Positions 48,896 through 57,675 of a stretch of 64,000 nt of DNA are shown one piece after another. The number at the start of each line of letters is the position of its first letter. Positions within the stretch are counted from its first letter, which is position 1. The stretch is from IMG/VR virus record IMGVR_UViG_3300032050_000002; one strand, given 5' to 3'. This DNA is from a virus (taxonomy: Duplodnaviria; Caudoviricetes). A program made the position numbers and the translations under genes. Under the pieces are notes generated by a model, which saw only the letters and a program-made list of their open reading frames with translations, did no database searches and had not been told where the DNA came from.

Positions 48896-49330
48896 ATGTT
48901 AAAAAATACCACAATAGAAAACAGGTCAGCAACCTACAATTTCTTTTTAGAAGAGAAATTTACCGCAGGAATATCTTTATTCGGACCTGAAGTTAAATCC
49001 ATTAGAAACGGAGATGTAAGTATCAAGGAATCATTCTGTTACGTTAAAGATGGTGAGATATGGATTAAAAATATGTATATCAAACATTATGAACATTCAA
49101 GGATTGAATTTGATTCTAAAAGAGATAGAAAACTTTTGTTAAAAAAGAAGGAAATTCGTAAAATAGAATCATTCTTAATAGACAAAGGTAAAACTCTAAT
49201 ACCTGTTAGAATTGAGGTTGGAAAATTAATTAAGGTTGTGATATCGATTGCAAAAGGTAAAAAGAACTATGATAAACGAAACACAATAAGGGAGAGGGAT
49301 TTAGACCGTCAAAATAAATTTGGTGAATAG
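48896..49330 (+). CDS. smpB: SsrA-binding protein SmpB
   Basis: ENR.A..NF..EEKF.AGI.L.G.EVKSIR.G, RDRKLLL.K.EI, AKGKK.YDKR. Confidence 0.95.
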   Translation: MLKNTTIENRSATYNFFLEEKFTAGISLFGPEVKSIRNGDVSIKESFCYVKDGEIWIKNMYIKHYEHSRIEFDSKRDRKLLLKKKEIRKIESFLIDKGKTLIPVRIEVGKLIKVVISIAKGKKNYDKRNTIRERDLDRQNKFGE

Positions 49331-49350
49331 AAAAAAACTTTGTATCTTTG
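49319..49350 (+). promoter_or_regulatory. Bacteroidota-type promoter TTTG-N20-TATCTTTG
   Basis: TTTG at 49319-49322, TATCTTTG at 49343-49350. Confidence 0.8.
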
Positions 49351-49370
49351 TATTAATAAAAATAAGAACT

Positions 49371-49694
49371 ATGAATGAAATTGGAAACTATACGGCAATT
49401 TACGGAAATATGATTTACACGGTTAACGATGTTAACTATGTTGCAACTAATGAAAGAAGACTTTTTTACAAAATAGGTACAGACGGGAAATACTCTAAAC
49501 TTGTGTTATCCATACCTAACAAAGGTAGTATAATCATTAAAAATGGTGAAGGAGTGTCTATGAGTGTAAATAAAGATATTCAAACTCCTGATATTGTTGA
49601 AACAACTAACGTTAAAAAGGTTGTAAATAACAACGATTCAAATGAAGTGGAAGCCTTTGCAGCAGGGGCTGTTGTGGGAGCAATTTTATTCTAA
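49371..49694 (+). CDS. Early hypothetical protein (start revised from 49320)
   Basis: First ATG after the promoter. Confidence 0.65.
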   Translation: MNEIGNYTAIYGNMIYTVNDVNYVATNERRLFYKIGTDGKYSKLVLSIPNKGSIIIKNGEGVSMSVNKDIQTPDIVETTNVKKVVNNNDSNEVEAFAAGAVVGAILF

Positions 49695-49700
49695 AATAAA

Positions 49701-49732
49701 TTTGGTGGATTAAAAAACATTTTGTATCTTTG
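49701..49732 (+). promoter_or_regulatory. Bacteroidota-type promoter TTTG-N20-TATCTTTG
   Basis: TTTG at 49701-49704, TATCTTTG at 49725-49732. Confidence 0.8.
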
Positions 49733-49736
49733 TATT

Positions 49737-50255
49737 ATGAAAAACGAACTACCATACTGTAAAAATTCTGACGGAATAATAGGTTACGAGGAATCGGTAA
49801 TCGCTAAATCAGAAACCAATGATTGTGTTGTTAGAGCATTTGCTTCGGCTTTCACAATGAATTATGATGATGCTCATTCATACGTTAAAACACATTTTAG
49901 AAGAGAGAATAGAAAGGGAGTTCAACGGTATGGTAGTTTAATGAACCGAAACGCTCTTATTAGAGAACTAATAAATAACAAATACCTTAAAGCAATCGGT
50001 AAAGAGACAGGTGTTAACAGTCTAAATGGAGCTCCAATACTTACGTTAAGTTATCCCGTTAAAGTTAAAGGTGTGAAAAAAGAACGTAAAATGACCGTTG
50101 GTATGTTCACAAAAGTTCATCCTATGGGAACATATATTTTAATGGTTAAAGAACATACATTCACGATTAAAAATGGGGTTGTTTACGGTAATGAACGAGA
50201 CTCAAAGCAACTTAAAAAAGTTGTTATTGCGGCTTGGGAAGTAATTGATTTTTAA
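49737..50255 (+). CDS. Early protein with NDCVVRA...H motif, possible Cys-His fold (start revised)
   Basis: ETNDCVVRAFASAF and EHTFTIKNG. Confidence 0.55.
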   Translation: MKNELPYCKNSDGIIGYEESVIAKSETNDCVVRAFASAFTMNYDDAHSYVKTHFRRENRKGVQRYGSLMNRNALIRELINNKYLKAIGKETGVNSLNGAPILTLSYPVKVKGVKKERKMTVGMFTKVHPMGTYILMVKEHTFTIKNGVVYGNERDSKQLKKVVIAAWEVIDF

Positions 50256-50260
50256 ATAAT

Positions 50261-50581
50261 ATGGACATAAAAAATAATTTTAACCCTTGGTATTATTATC
50301 TTAACGAAGAACTGATTAAGAAAAAGAAACCAATTAAACCTGGTGAGTTTGTTCACCTTCATACCTACGATGGTTGTTTTATGGTATATAACGTTGGATT
50401 AACCCATTTTACCGTGATTAAAAACCGAAGGTATGTAAACATTCCTTGGAGTGATTTTAGATGTAAAAAAGGAGAAGGAAACAGTGATAAAACCGTTATT
50501 AAACGGTCAATTAAAAATATCGATAACATTAAGTTAGAATTAGATAATTTAAAATTTAATCTTTTAAATTTGGTAAATTAA
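50261..50581 (+). CDS. Hypothetical protein
   Basis: ORF in operon. Confidence 0.7.
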   Translation: MDIKNNFNPWYYYLNEELIKKKKPIKPGEFVHLHTYDGCFMVYNVGLTHFTVIKNRRYVNIPWSDFRCKKGEGNSDKTVIKRSIKNIDNIKLELDNLKFNLLNLVN

Positions 50582-50600
50582 AAATTAATTTGTATATTTG
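50569..50600 (+). promoter_or_regulatory. Bacteroidota-type promoter TTTG-N20-TATATTTG
   Basis: TTTG at 50569-50572, TATATTTG at 50593-50600. Confidence 0.8.
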
Positions 50601-50618
50601 TATTATAAAATTAAAGTA

Positions 50619-51383
50619 ATGGAAACAACAACATCAACAATAAAACAGAGAACCAAAGAACATATCAAATCTCAATTTCATTTAACCGAAGTTAAAGCTA
50701 AAAAATATAAAGACGATAAAGACAAAGAAGAGAAAATTTGGAGAGATTACTTTGATGACATCAAAAAACATAGTAATAATTTTGAATTAATTTCAAAACC
50801 AATGAAAGAAGTTTTCAATGTCAATGCTTATAATGTTGATGAAAATGGTGAATTACTTTACTCATTAGGTTCGGTTACTGTTGGAGAAATTGTTAAGGAA
50901 TATAACATTATGTCGATTAAATATATCGGTCAGTTACCTCCTAATATTAGCTCGTGGCTTGTTCCAAAAGTGGATATTGAAGAACATATCACTTATGGAA
51001 GACGTGGATTTGGTAGAACAAATCACGGTTATAAACTAAGAGTTGAAGATAATTTTGGTAAACAAAAATATTATAAAACAGGTAAGAAAATTGTTGAGAT
51101 TGTTGAAGAATATGTTGAATCTAAGTGGGATGACCATAGACGTAATTTAAAATTACAGGATATTAAAACAAGAGCTGCTGAAATTTTAAAAGAAAGATAT
51201 AAGTATTCTATTATAAGTTTTAGTGAAGGAGTTTACACTATTAAACATCTTAACGGGATTTCTGTTAGTGTTGGATACCGAGAGGATGAAAAGGGAGAAG
51301 TTGTATTTGACCTTAAAAAAGTTAACCTAATCCCTAAACAACATGATGTTAATAAAATTATTGATGAATTAGGAAAATTATAA
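50619..51383 (+). CDS. Early hypothetical protein (start revised)
   Basis: First ATG after the promoter. Confidence 0.7.
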   Translation: METTTSTIKQRTKEHIKSQFHLTEVKAKKYKDDKDKEEKIWRDYFDDIKKHSNNFELISKPMKEVFNVNAYNVDENGELLYSLGSVTVGEIVKEYNIMSIKYIGQLPPNISSWLVPKVDIEEHITYGRRGFGRTNHGYKLRVEDNFGKQKYYKTGKKIVEIVEEYVESKWDDHRRNLKLQDIKTRAAEILKERYKYSIISFSEGVYTIKHLNGISVSVGYREDEKGEVVFDLKKVNLIPKQHDVNKIIDELGKL

Positions 51384-51404
51384 AATAATTCTTATCTTTG
51401 TAGT

Positions 51405-51680
51405 ATGAATACGATAAATTATAACATAAAAATTGAGAGTGAAAAGTTTGGTAAACTTATGGATGAGACTTTTGTTGATAGAACACAGTTCAAACTTTTC
51501 CTTAAAATGATACACGGATGTTTAGAACTTAAAAACGACCTTGTGTTTTTCAATGGAGATGACTTTTTGGTGAACATTCCGTACAAGTATCTATCTCAAT
51601 CAATAATCTTAACAACATCTAAACCTTATGAGTTCACAGAACACGTTAGAAGTAAAATTGAGGCACTTGTTACAAAGTAA
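51405..51680 (+). CDS. Hypothetical protein
   Basis: TATCTTTG at 51393-51400 upstream. Confidence 0.75.
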   Translation: MNTINYNIKIESEKFGKLMDETFVDRTQFKLFLKMIHGCLELKNDLVFFNGDDFLVNIPYKYLSQSIILTTSKPYEFTEHVRSKIEALVTK

Positions 51681-51731
51681 CGTTTCCTTGTTCGTAAATA
51701 AGGTGGTGGACAAACCCGTGTGGGTCCTATG

Positions 51732-51754
51732 AAGGAGGCGAATGCCTCCTTTTA
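51732..51754 (+). terminator. Intrinsic terminator preceded by two GC-rich hairpins
   Basis: aaggaggc-gaat-gcctcctt followed by tt. Confidence 0.8.
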
Positions 51755-51768
51755 TATATTTATACTAT

Positions 51769-52044
51769 ATGAAACACTTTTTAGAACATCATAGAGTAAA
51801 ACCAATAATGGTTGAGTTACCTAATAAACAAGGTGATAATATATTACCTGTTTATCTTTCAGATAAAAATGTTGTTGATGAGTTTAGTAACGAATATTAT
51901 TTGTCCGTTAAAATAAAAGATGCTGAGAAATTCAAAGACTATACCACTAAAATGTTAGAACATTACATTTACGAATACTTTAGATATTATTTAAAACTAT
52001 TTTCAGTTGAAGGTGACTTGTATTTAAGATTTGAATATTTATAG
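51769..52044 (+). CDS. Hypothetical protein (start revised from 51742)
   Basis: TATTTAT at 51757-51763; the tracked start lies inside the terminator. Confidence 0.65.
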   Translation: MKHFLEHHRVKPIMVELPNKQGDNILPVYLSDKNVVDEFSNEYYLSVKIKDAEKFKDYTTKMLEHYIYEYFRYYLKLFSVEGDLYLRFEYL

Positions 52045-52054
52045 TTAAAAAACT

Positions 52055-52720
52055 ATGGGTCAGATAAAACATTACAACAACGGTAAATGGACAATATATA
52101 CTTCAGGAGAAGATTTATCAGGTTATACCGGAACAACTAACACATATTATATTGGTGTTAATAATACAGATGGGGATTATAGTAAAGTAAATCCTGATGG
52201 TGAATTAATTAATTTGGAAAAAGAATTTCAATATGAAATTGGTCAATATGTTGAGGATGAAGGTGGGGTAATATTTCATAGATTTATTGAAGGAAATGTT
52301 CAAAAGTATTTAGTAGTGGATATTCAAGATTTAGGGAATTATATTTGGAGTAATATTGATAGTGACTCTTGTAATGCAATAAGTTTGTGGCGGGGAGAGT
52401 TGAATACTGAATTTATGGTCGAACAATTAGGAGCTAATTCCGGTGCCGCTTTTGAGTGTATCGCATCAACCAATGGCGGAGTTAGTAATTGGTATTTACC
52501 ATCAATTCAAGAACTTAATAAATTGTGGAATAATATGTTTGAAGTATCCAAGGGTATTGAAATCGCAGGAGGTAATCAACTTAATCTTATATTTTATTGG
52601 AGTAGTACTGAAACTAGCTCAACAAACGCAAGAACTTATAATTTTTTTACAGGAATATCAAGCTCCGGTAATAAAAATGAAGATAATAAAGTAAGAGCAG
52701 TAAGAAAATTCTCAATATAA
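52055..52720 (+). CDS. Shared N-terminal module fused to a DUF1566/Lcl C-type-lectin-like domain
   Basis: WYLPSIQEL, YWSSTE, VRAVRKF. Confidence 0.8.
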   Translation: MGQIKHYNNGKWTIYTSGEDLSGYTGTTNTYYIGVNNTDGDYSKVNPDGELINLEKEFQYEIGQYVEDEGGVIFHRFIEGNVQKYLVVDIQDLGNYIWSNIDSDSCNAISLWRGELNTEFMVEQLGANSGAAFECIASTNGGVSNWYLPSIQELNKLWNNMFEVSKGIEIAGGNQLNLIFYWSSTETSSTNARTYNFFTGISSSGNKNEDNKVRAVRKFSI

Positions 52721-53364
52721 TGAAACTACTAACAATATTACTACTATCGACCATAACATTATTTGGTCAGGTATCGTTTAACGAACCAAAATCAGTTATT
52801 AAACATAATGAACTAACATTATATCTTGATTCAGATAACAATAGTTTTATATCAAAACACGAATTAAAATATAATAACTTTCTAAAGTTAGACTCTGATA
52901 GAGATGATAAATGGCATAGTGAAATAAAAGGCCCTTACTCTAAAGAACCATATCTATATTCAGGATATGATATGGGTCACTTAACGCCATCACATATTAC
53001 TTCTTACAATGATACATTAAATCACCATTCATTTAGTTTTTATAATCAAGCGCCACAACTGGCTGGATTTAATAGAGGTAAGTGGAAAAGATTGGAAATG
53101 TCCGTTGAAGACTCAATATCAAAATACAAATCGGATGTTATAATTATCACCGGCGTAATATATAATGAAACAAAGAAAGTTTATTTAGGTAAATCAAAAA
53201 TTAAAATACCTGAGATGTATTATAAGATTTTATACATTAAAACGAAAAAACCTATAACCTATATTTGGGTTGGCTCAAATAAAAACGGAGAAGTAATGAT
53301 TACAAATATAAAAGATTTGAACGGAGTTTTGGAACAAAATAAAAGTTCTATCAAATTTAAATAA
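52720..53364 (+). CDS. DNA/RNA non-specific endonuclease (NucA/EndoG-like) with signal peptide
   Basis: YDMGHLTP, NQAPQ..GFNRGKWKRLE; MKLLTILLLSTITLFGQ leader. Confidence 0.85.
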   Translation: MKLLTILLLSTITLFGQVSFNEPKSVIKHNELTLYLDSDNNSFISKHELKYNNFLKLDSDRDDKWHSEIKGPYSKEPYLYSGYDMGHLTPSHITSYNDTLNHHSFSFYNQAPQLAGFNRGKWKRLEMSVEDSISKYKSDVIIITGVIYNETKKVYLGKSKIKIPEMYYKILYIKTKKPITYIWVGSNKNGEVMITNIKDLNGVLEQNKSSIKFK

Positions 53365-53389
53365 TATCTGATATTTATAGTTAAAAACA

Positions 53390-55282
53390 ATGGGACAAAT
53401 TAAACATTACAACAACGGAAAATGGACAATATATACTTCAGGAGAAGGATTGTCAGGATATACAGGAGTAACAAATACTTATTATGTTGGTCCTGATTTA
53501 AATAATGATGGAAATTTAACCAAAGCAAATCCAGATGGAAGTTTGGTTAATTTGGAAATTAATTTAACGCTCAAAACTTGGTCAGAAATGTTGGCATTGT
53601 CAAATAATAATTCTTTAATTCAAGGACAACATTATTTGATTACTGATTTTCAGACAAACGCTATAATACTTAACACGGGTGAAGTTGAATACGGAAGTCC
53701 TTATGGAACTCTTTGGAACATTGACGGTTGGGCAGACCTTTCGGATTATACAACTAGGACTTATGTTGATTGGGCAACCGCAATAGGTTATGCACCGCCC
53801 GACTATGTGGGAACAGAAGCAATTATGTTTGATTTAATCAACAACAAGTATTACAAAATAATGTTTAGCCAATGGACGGGTGGCGGTGCGGGTGGCGGAT
53901 TTGCTTACACTAGAACAGAGATTTTATCACCCACTACTTTTGGCACTCCCGTAAATTTTACGCATACAAACTACGGGACAGAGGTTGATTACATTGATGA
54001 AGGTTTAGCGATAACAAGGGGTGTTAATAAAGGTATTTTTAATATAGCATACGAAAATTCTTATTCTGTTGGCGGTTACTTTTTGGGTGGAGAATATACA
54101 GTAGGCTCTGTTGAACCATTAATAGTTCAAGCAGTAAGTAATAATTCCATTTCAAACCAAGTCTTATCTACAATATATCCCGAAGATGAAATACTTTACG
54201 GGTTAAAAGATTTAATTCAAGGTGCTACAAAAGGAAGAATACAGTTTAGAAAAGATACTAAATTAGTTATTTCAACTTATTATGATTGGAGAGTTGTGAA
54301 ATTTAGGCGTTGGTTTGATACCGTAGTGAACGGATATATCTCTTTGGTTGATAATGGGCAAGTATTTGAGGATTATCTTACATTTCCAAATCAAAATGGA
54401 TTTACAACAGAAATACCCTTACTAAACAATGAAAACTATCCGCAATTAAACAATACAGTTTTTTTAGATTATTGTGCAAATAATTATATTAAAGTAGTTG
54501 ATTTCAGAGATAATACTTTTGATAATTTTTCTAGTAATTATATAATATCAAATTCTTTCTACGATAACTATGGCGGGATATTTATTCAAAATAAAATTTA
54601 TTCAACTTCATTCACGGAAAACAAAACAGTACAATGGGGTGTTGGAGATTTTTCCCTTAATCTAATTGTTGGTAATAGTTTTCAAAATAATTCATTTAAC
54701 CTATTTAGAGGGAATGAAATTAATTCAGAAGTCTTTGCTTTCACAAGTCCCATAGTTGGTGGTTCGGGAAATTTTTTAGAAAATAAATTAAATATAAAAT
54801 CTTGTCAAAACACAACTTACAGTTATTTTTCTAGGAATAATGTTTTTTCAAACGATTTTTCTTCAAATCAATTAAACGGGAGTTTTGTATTAAATAATAT
54901 AAATGCCGTTTTGTTTGTTTCTAATGTAATAAACGGGGGTTTTGATTACAATGATATTAGTGGTTCTGTTATTAACTTTAATTCAAATCAAATTTCGGGC
55001 GGTTTTTCTCAAAATAATATAAGTGCAAGTATATTAAATTGTATAATGATTTCGGGAAACTTTATAAATAATATAATTAATTCAACTATGCAATCTTGTA
55101 TTGTTCAAAACGGGTTCAGAGAAAATACAATAAACACTCCATTATTATCTTTGAATTTATCAACTCCCGCAAATTTGTATGAACCGGCTTACACTAAAAC
55201 GATATTTGCTAACAGAGACGGACAAGTATTTTTAACATATTTGAATAATACTAATACACCTGTTTATGTATCAGTACCATAA
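53390..55282 (+). CDS. Shared N-terminal module fused to an Asn-rich beta-helix (fibre/receptor-binding candidate)
   Basis: First ~57 aa are paralogous to 52055; repeated F..N.I...F..N units. Confidence 0.7.
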   Translation: MGQIKHYNNGKWTIYTSGEGLSGYTGVTNTYYVGPDLNNDGNLTKANPDGSLVNLEINLTLKTWSEMLALSNNNSLIQGQHYLITDFQTNAIILNTGEVEYGSPYGTLWNIDGWADLSDYTTRTYVDWATAIGYAPPDYVGTEAIMFDLINNKYYKIMFSQWTGGGAGGGFAYTRTEILSPTTFGTPVNFTHTNYGTEVDYIDEGLAITRGVNKGIFNIAYENSYSVGGYFLGGEYTVGSVEPLIVQAVSNNSISNQVLSTIYPEDEILYGLKDLIQGATKGRIQFRKDTKLVISTYYDWRVVKFRRWFDTVVNGYISLVDNGQVFEDYLTFPNQNGFTTEIPLLNNENYPQLNNTVFLDYCANNYIKVVDFRDNTFDNFSSNYIISNSFYDNYGGIFIQNKIYSTSFTENKTVQWGVGDFSLNLIVGNSFQNNSFNLFRGNEINSEVFAFTSPIVGGSGNFLENKLNIKSCQNTTYSYFSRNNVFSNDFSSNQLNGSFVLNNINAVLFVSNVINGGFDYNDISGSVINFNSNQISGGFSQNNISASILNCIMISGNFINNIINSTMQSCIVQNGFRENTINTPLLSLNLSTPANLYEPAYTKTIFANRDGQVFLTYLNNTNTPVYVSVP

Positions 55283-55321
55283 TAGTAAGCAAATAAAAAA
55301 TTAAACAATTTTAAAAAAAAT

Positions 55322-55762
55322 ATGAACACAAAGCTTAAAAATAAATTATTGGAAGAGGTTAAAAGAAGAGGTTTAGTTGTTGAACAACAAACCAAGAATT
55401 CTGATTATGTAGAAATGATTTCATTATTGTTACATTCAAGAAATCAGATTCACGTATTACATTTACAAACAAAATCATATGCTGAGCACAAAGCATTAGA
55501 TGATTATTATAGTGGAATTGTTGACCTTATTGATGGTTTAGTTGAATCATACCAAGGAAAATACGAAATACTTAAAGGGTATAAATCTTATGATATTGAA
55601 GAATACAAAGGAACTGACTCAACAATTAAATACTTAAAAGACCTTTGCGATAAAGTTATGAAGTTAAAAAAATGTTGTGAAGATTCTTACATCCAAAATC
55701 AAATTGATGAGGTCTGTGAATTGATAAATTCTACCTTATACAAACTCAGATTTTTAAACTAA
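55322..55762 (+). CDS. Ferritin/Dps-like four-helix protein (DUF5856-like) with N-terminal tag
   Basis: HVLHLQTKSYAEHKALDDYY..IDGLVESYQG, IQNQIDE..ELINSTLYKL. Confidence 0.7.
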   Translation: MNTKLKNKLLEEVKRRGLVVEQQTKNSDYVEMISLLLHSRNQIHVLHLQTKSYAEHKALDDYYSGIVDLIDGLVESYQGKYEILKGYKSYDIEEYKGTDSTIKYLKDLCDKVMKLKKCCEDSYIQNQIDEVCELINSTLYKLRFLN

Positions 55763-55771
55763 AAAAATTTT

Positions 55772-55800
55772 AAATCCCGGTAGAAATGTCGGGATTTTTT
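55772..55800 (+). terminator. Intrinsic terminator
   Basis: aaatcccg...cgggattt followed by ttt. Confidence 0.7.
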
Positions 55801-55816
55801 ATTTATACTTTCTCCT

Positions 55817-56164
55817 ATGAACATCAAAGTCCATCCAAAGAAAGTTAAGATACTGATGGACTTATTATATTCTGAATATCCTGTCATAAGAAATCACCCT
55901 GACTACAGAATATATTATATGTTTACTGATTACCCAGAAGTTAGTGAATATGTTTTTGTTGTTACAATACAATACCTAATTCACTCAGAATTTTCTGATA
56001 AAGTAAATGAAAGTCTTCGGGCATATAAAGATATGTTTTCATTAACAAACTGTTCAATACTAAGTGAATATGATTTTGAAATAATAATAAAAAATGAGGT
56101 GGCTCAATTACAGGACAAGTTAAGAGGTAGTAGTTTTAATATTGTTTTTTACGAAATTTGGTAG
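55817..56164 (+). CDS. Hypothetical protein
   Basis: 115-aa ORF. Confidence 0.65.
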   Translation: MNIKVHPKKVKILMDLLYSEYPVIRNHPDYRIYYMFTDYPEVSEYVFVVTIQYLIHSEFSDKVNESLRAYKDMFSLTNCSILSEYDFEIIIKNEVAQLQDKLRGSSFNIVFYEIW

Positions 56165-56188
56165 ATTCAAAATTAAATTGTATCTTTG
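56157..56188 (+). promoter_or_regulatory. Bacteroidota-type promoter TTTG-N20-TATCTTTG
   Basis: TTTG at 56157-56160, TATCTTTG at 56181-56188. Confidence 0.8.
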
Positions 56189-56208
56189 TGGTGTTAAATA
56201 AGAACACT

Positions 56209-56652
56209 ATGAAGAAGAAAGAATTCCTATCTAAATACAAAAAAGTAATCAAAAAAATTGATAAAAAAATTGATAATGTTAATCGTGGTGGGTGTGGAAT
56301 ATATGCACTTGAATTAGGTAAACAACTAAAAAGACACGATATTAAATTCGAGTATGTTATGTTATTTACCCATTTAGGTAAAGAAGACAAACCTTATGTT
56401 AAAGACCTAATGAGAAACAATATGGTTAGAGATTTTAACTTTGACACTAATTGGACTCATATTGTAATTAAGGTGGGTAAAAAGTATATTGATGGAGAGG
56501 AAATTAGGGAATCTTTAACTGATGTAGGATTACCTATGAATGAGGAATTTTTAAATAATTTGGTTGACCATAAGGGTTACTGGAACGACACTTTCGACAG
56601 GAAACAAAGAACAAAAATCGAAAAAATATTGGAAAAAAATTTGGCAGATTGA
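56209..56652 (+). CDS. Early protein with possible Cys-His-Asp triad (start revised)
   Basis: RGGCG, WTHIVIK, YIDG in papain/transglutaminase order. Confidence 0.5.
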   Translation: MKKKEFLSKYKKVIKKIDKKIDNVNRGGCGIYALELGKQLKRHDIKFEYVMLFTHLGKEDKPYVKDLMRNNMVRDFNFDTNWTHIVIKVGKKYIDGEEIRESLTDVGLPMNEEFLNNLVDHKGYWNDTFDRKQRTKIEKILEKNLAD

Positions 56653-56671
56653 AAATAATTTTGTATCTTTG
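56640..56671 (+). promoter_or_regulatory. Bacteroidota-type promoter TTTG-N20-TATCTTTG
   Basis: TTTG at 56640-56643, TATCTTTG at 56664-56671. Confidence 0.8.
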
Positions 56672-56690
56672 TATTATAATAATGATAGAT

Positions 56691-57452
56691 ATGACAAATA
56701 CAACAACCACAACCACAACCACAACCAAAGTAATGAATTATCAAGGTAATAACTCTTTCGTGTTAAAAATGAAAGAATCCTTACAAAAATGGGGTAAATT
56801 AACCGAAAAACAATTAGAGGCGGTAGAGAAAGCTTTGGCAAGTAAACCAAAGGTAAATGTAGAAGAGTTACCTGAAAACTTAAAAACAATCGCACAATAC
56901 GAAGGAAGTAGTTCATTCGTAAATGATATTAAAAATAAGTTATTAACTTACGGGACTTTAACTGATAAACAGGTTGAAGCCGCAAACAAACAGATTCAAA
57001 AGGAGAAAGATAAACAAAAAACTGTAACATTCAAAAAACCTATCCCAACTATAGGTGAGACAATTAAAATCGGTCGCTCAATTGGAATTCAATTAAAAGA
57101 AACTTACGGGTTAAAATTCAACCCAATCCTTATCGACATTACAAAAGTATTGGCAATATCACCAAAGGCGGTTCAATTCTCAGGTAAACTTACTATCAAA
57201 CGTGGAGATGTGTGTACTTGTTGTTTAAGAACTTTAACAGATGAGTTCTCAATGCTAACAGGGATGGGTAAGACTTGTGCTAGCAAAGTAGGAGTAACCT
57301 ACATTACTGATAAAAGTCAGGCTGAGAAATTCCGTATGGAATACTTAAAAAGAGTGGAAGAAATTGGTGAAATGACCTTTTGGATTCCTAAATCTAAAAT
57401 AGTAAAGTGGGAAGGAACTATGGAAGTTTTATTAACACCGGGTATAATCTAA
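56691..57452 (+). CDS. Early protein with duplicated helical repeat and DUF6011-like Zn finger (start revised)
   Basis: SFV..K..L..G.LT.KQ.EA twice; CTCCLRTLTD..S..TGMGKTC. Confidence 0.65.
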   Translation: MTNTTTTTTTTTKVMNYQGNNSFVLKMKESLQKWGKLTEKQLEAVEKALASKPKVNVEELPENLKTIAQYEGSSSFVNDIKNKLLTYGTLTDKQVEAANKQIQKEKDKQKTVTFKKPIPTIGETIKIGRSIGIQLKETYGLKFNPILIDITKVLAISPKAVQFSGKLTIKRGDVCTCCLRTLTDEFSMLTGMGKTCASKVGVTYITDKSQAEKFRMEYLKRVEEIGEMTFWIPKSKIVKWEGTMEVLLTPGII

Positions 57453-57468
57453 AAAAAAAAACAAATAT

Positions 57469-57675
57469 ATGCAAACATTAAAATTTAACACAACAAAAAG
57501 AACGGCAACATTATCTAGTATGAATGGTGATTATGTCGTAGCAACTTATGATAACGTACCGACAGTTAAAGTTTTGACCGGATATTACGAGGTTATGCAA
57601 ACAGTGGAGGATAATAGAGTAATTCCTATTTTAAGAGTACCAATAAGTAATACAAATATGTTTATTGAAAAGTAA
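57469..57675 (+). CDS. Small hypothetical protein
   Basis: ORF in operon. Confidence 0.7.
   Translation: MQTLKFNTTKRTATLSSMNGDYVVATYDNVPTVKVLTGYYEVMQTVEDNRVIPILRVPISNTNMFIEK

Noticed and set aside
52055-55282. Complete DGR in this window
   Set aside because: No reverse transcriptase, Avd or adenine-variant template repeat seen
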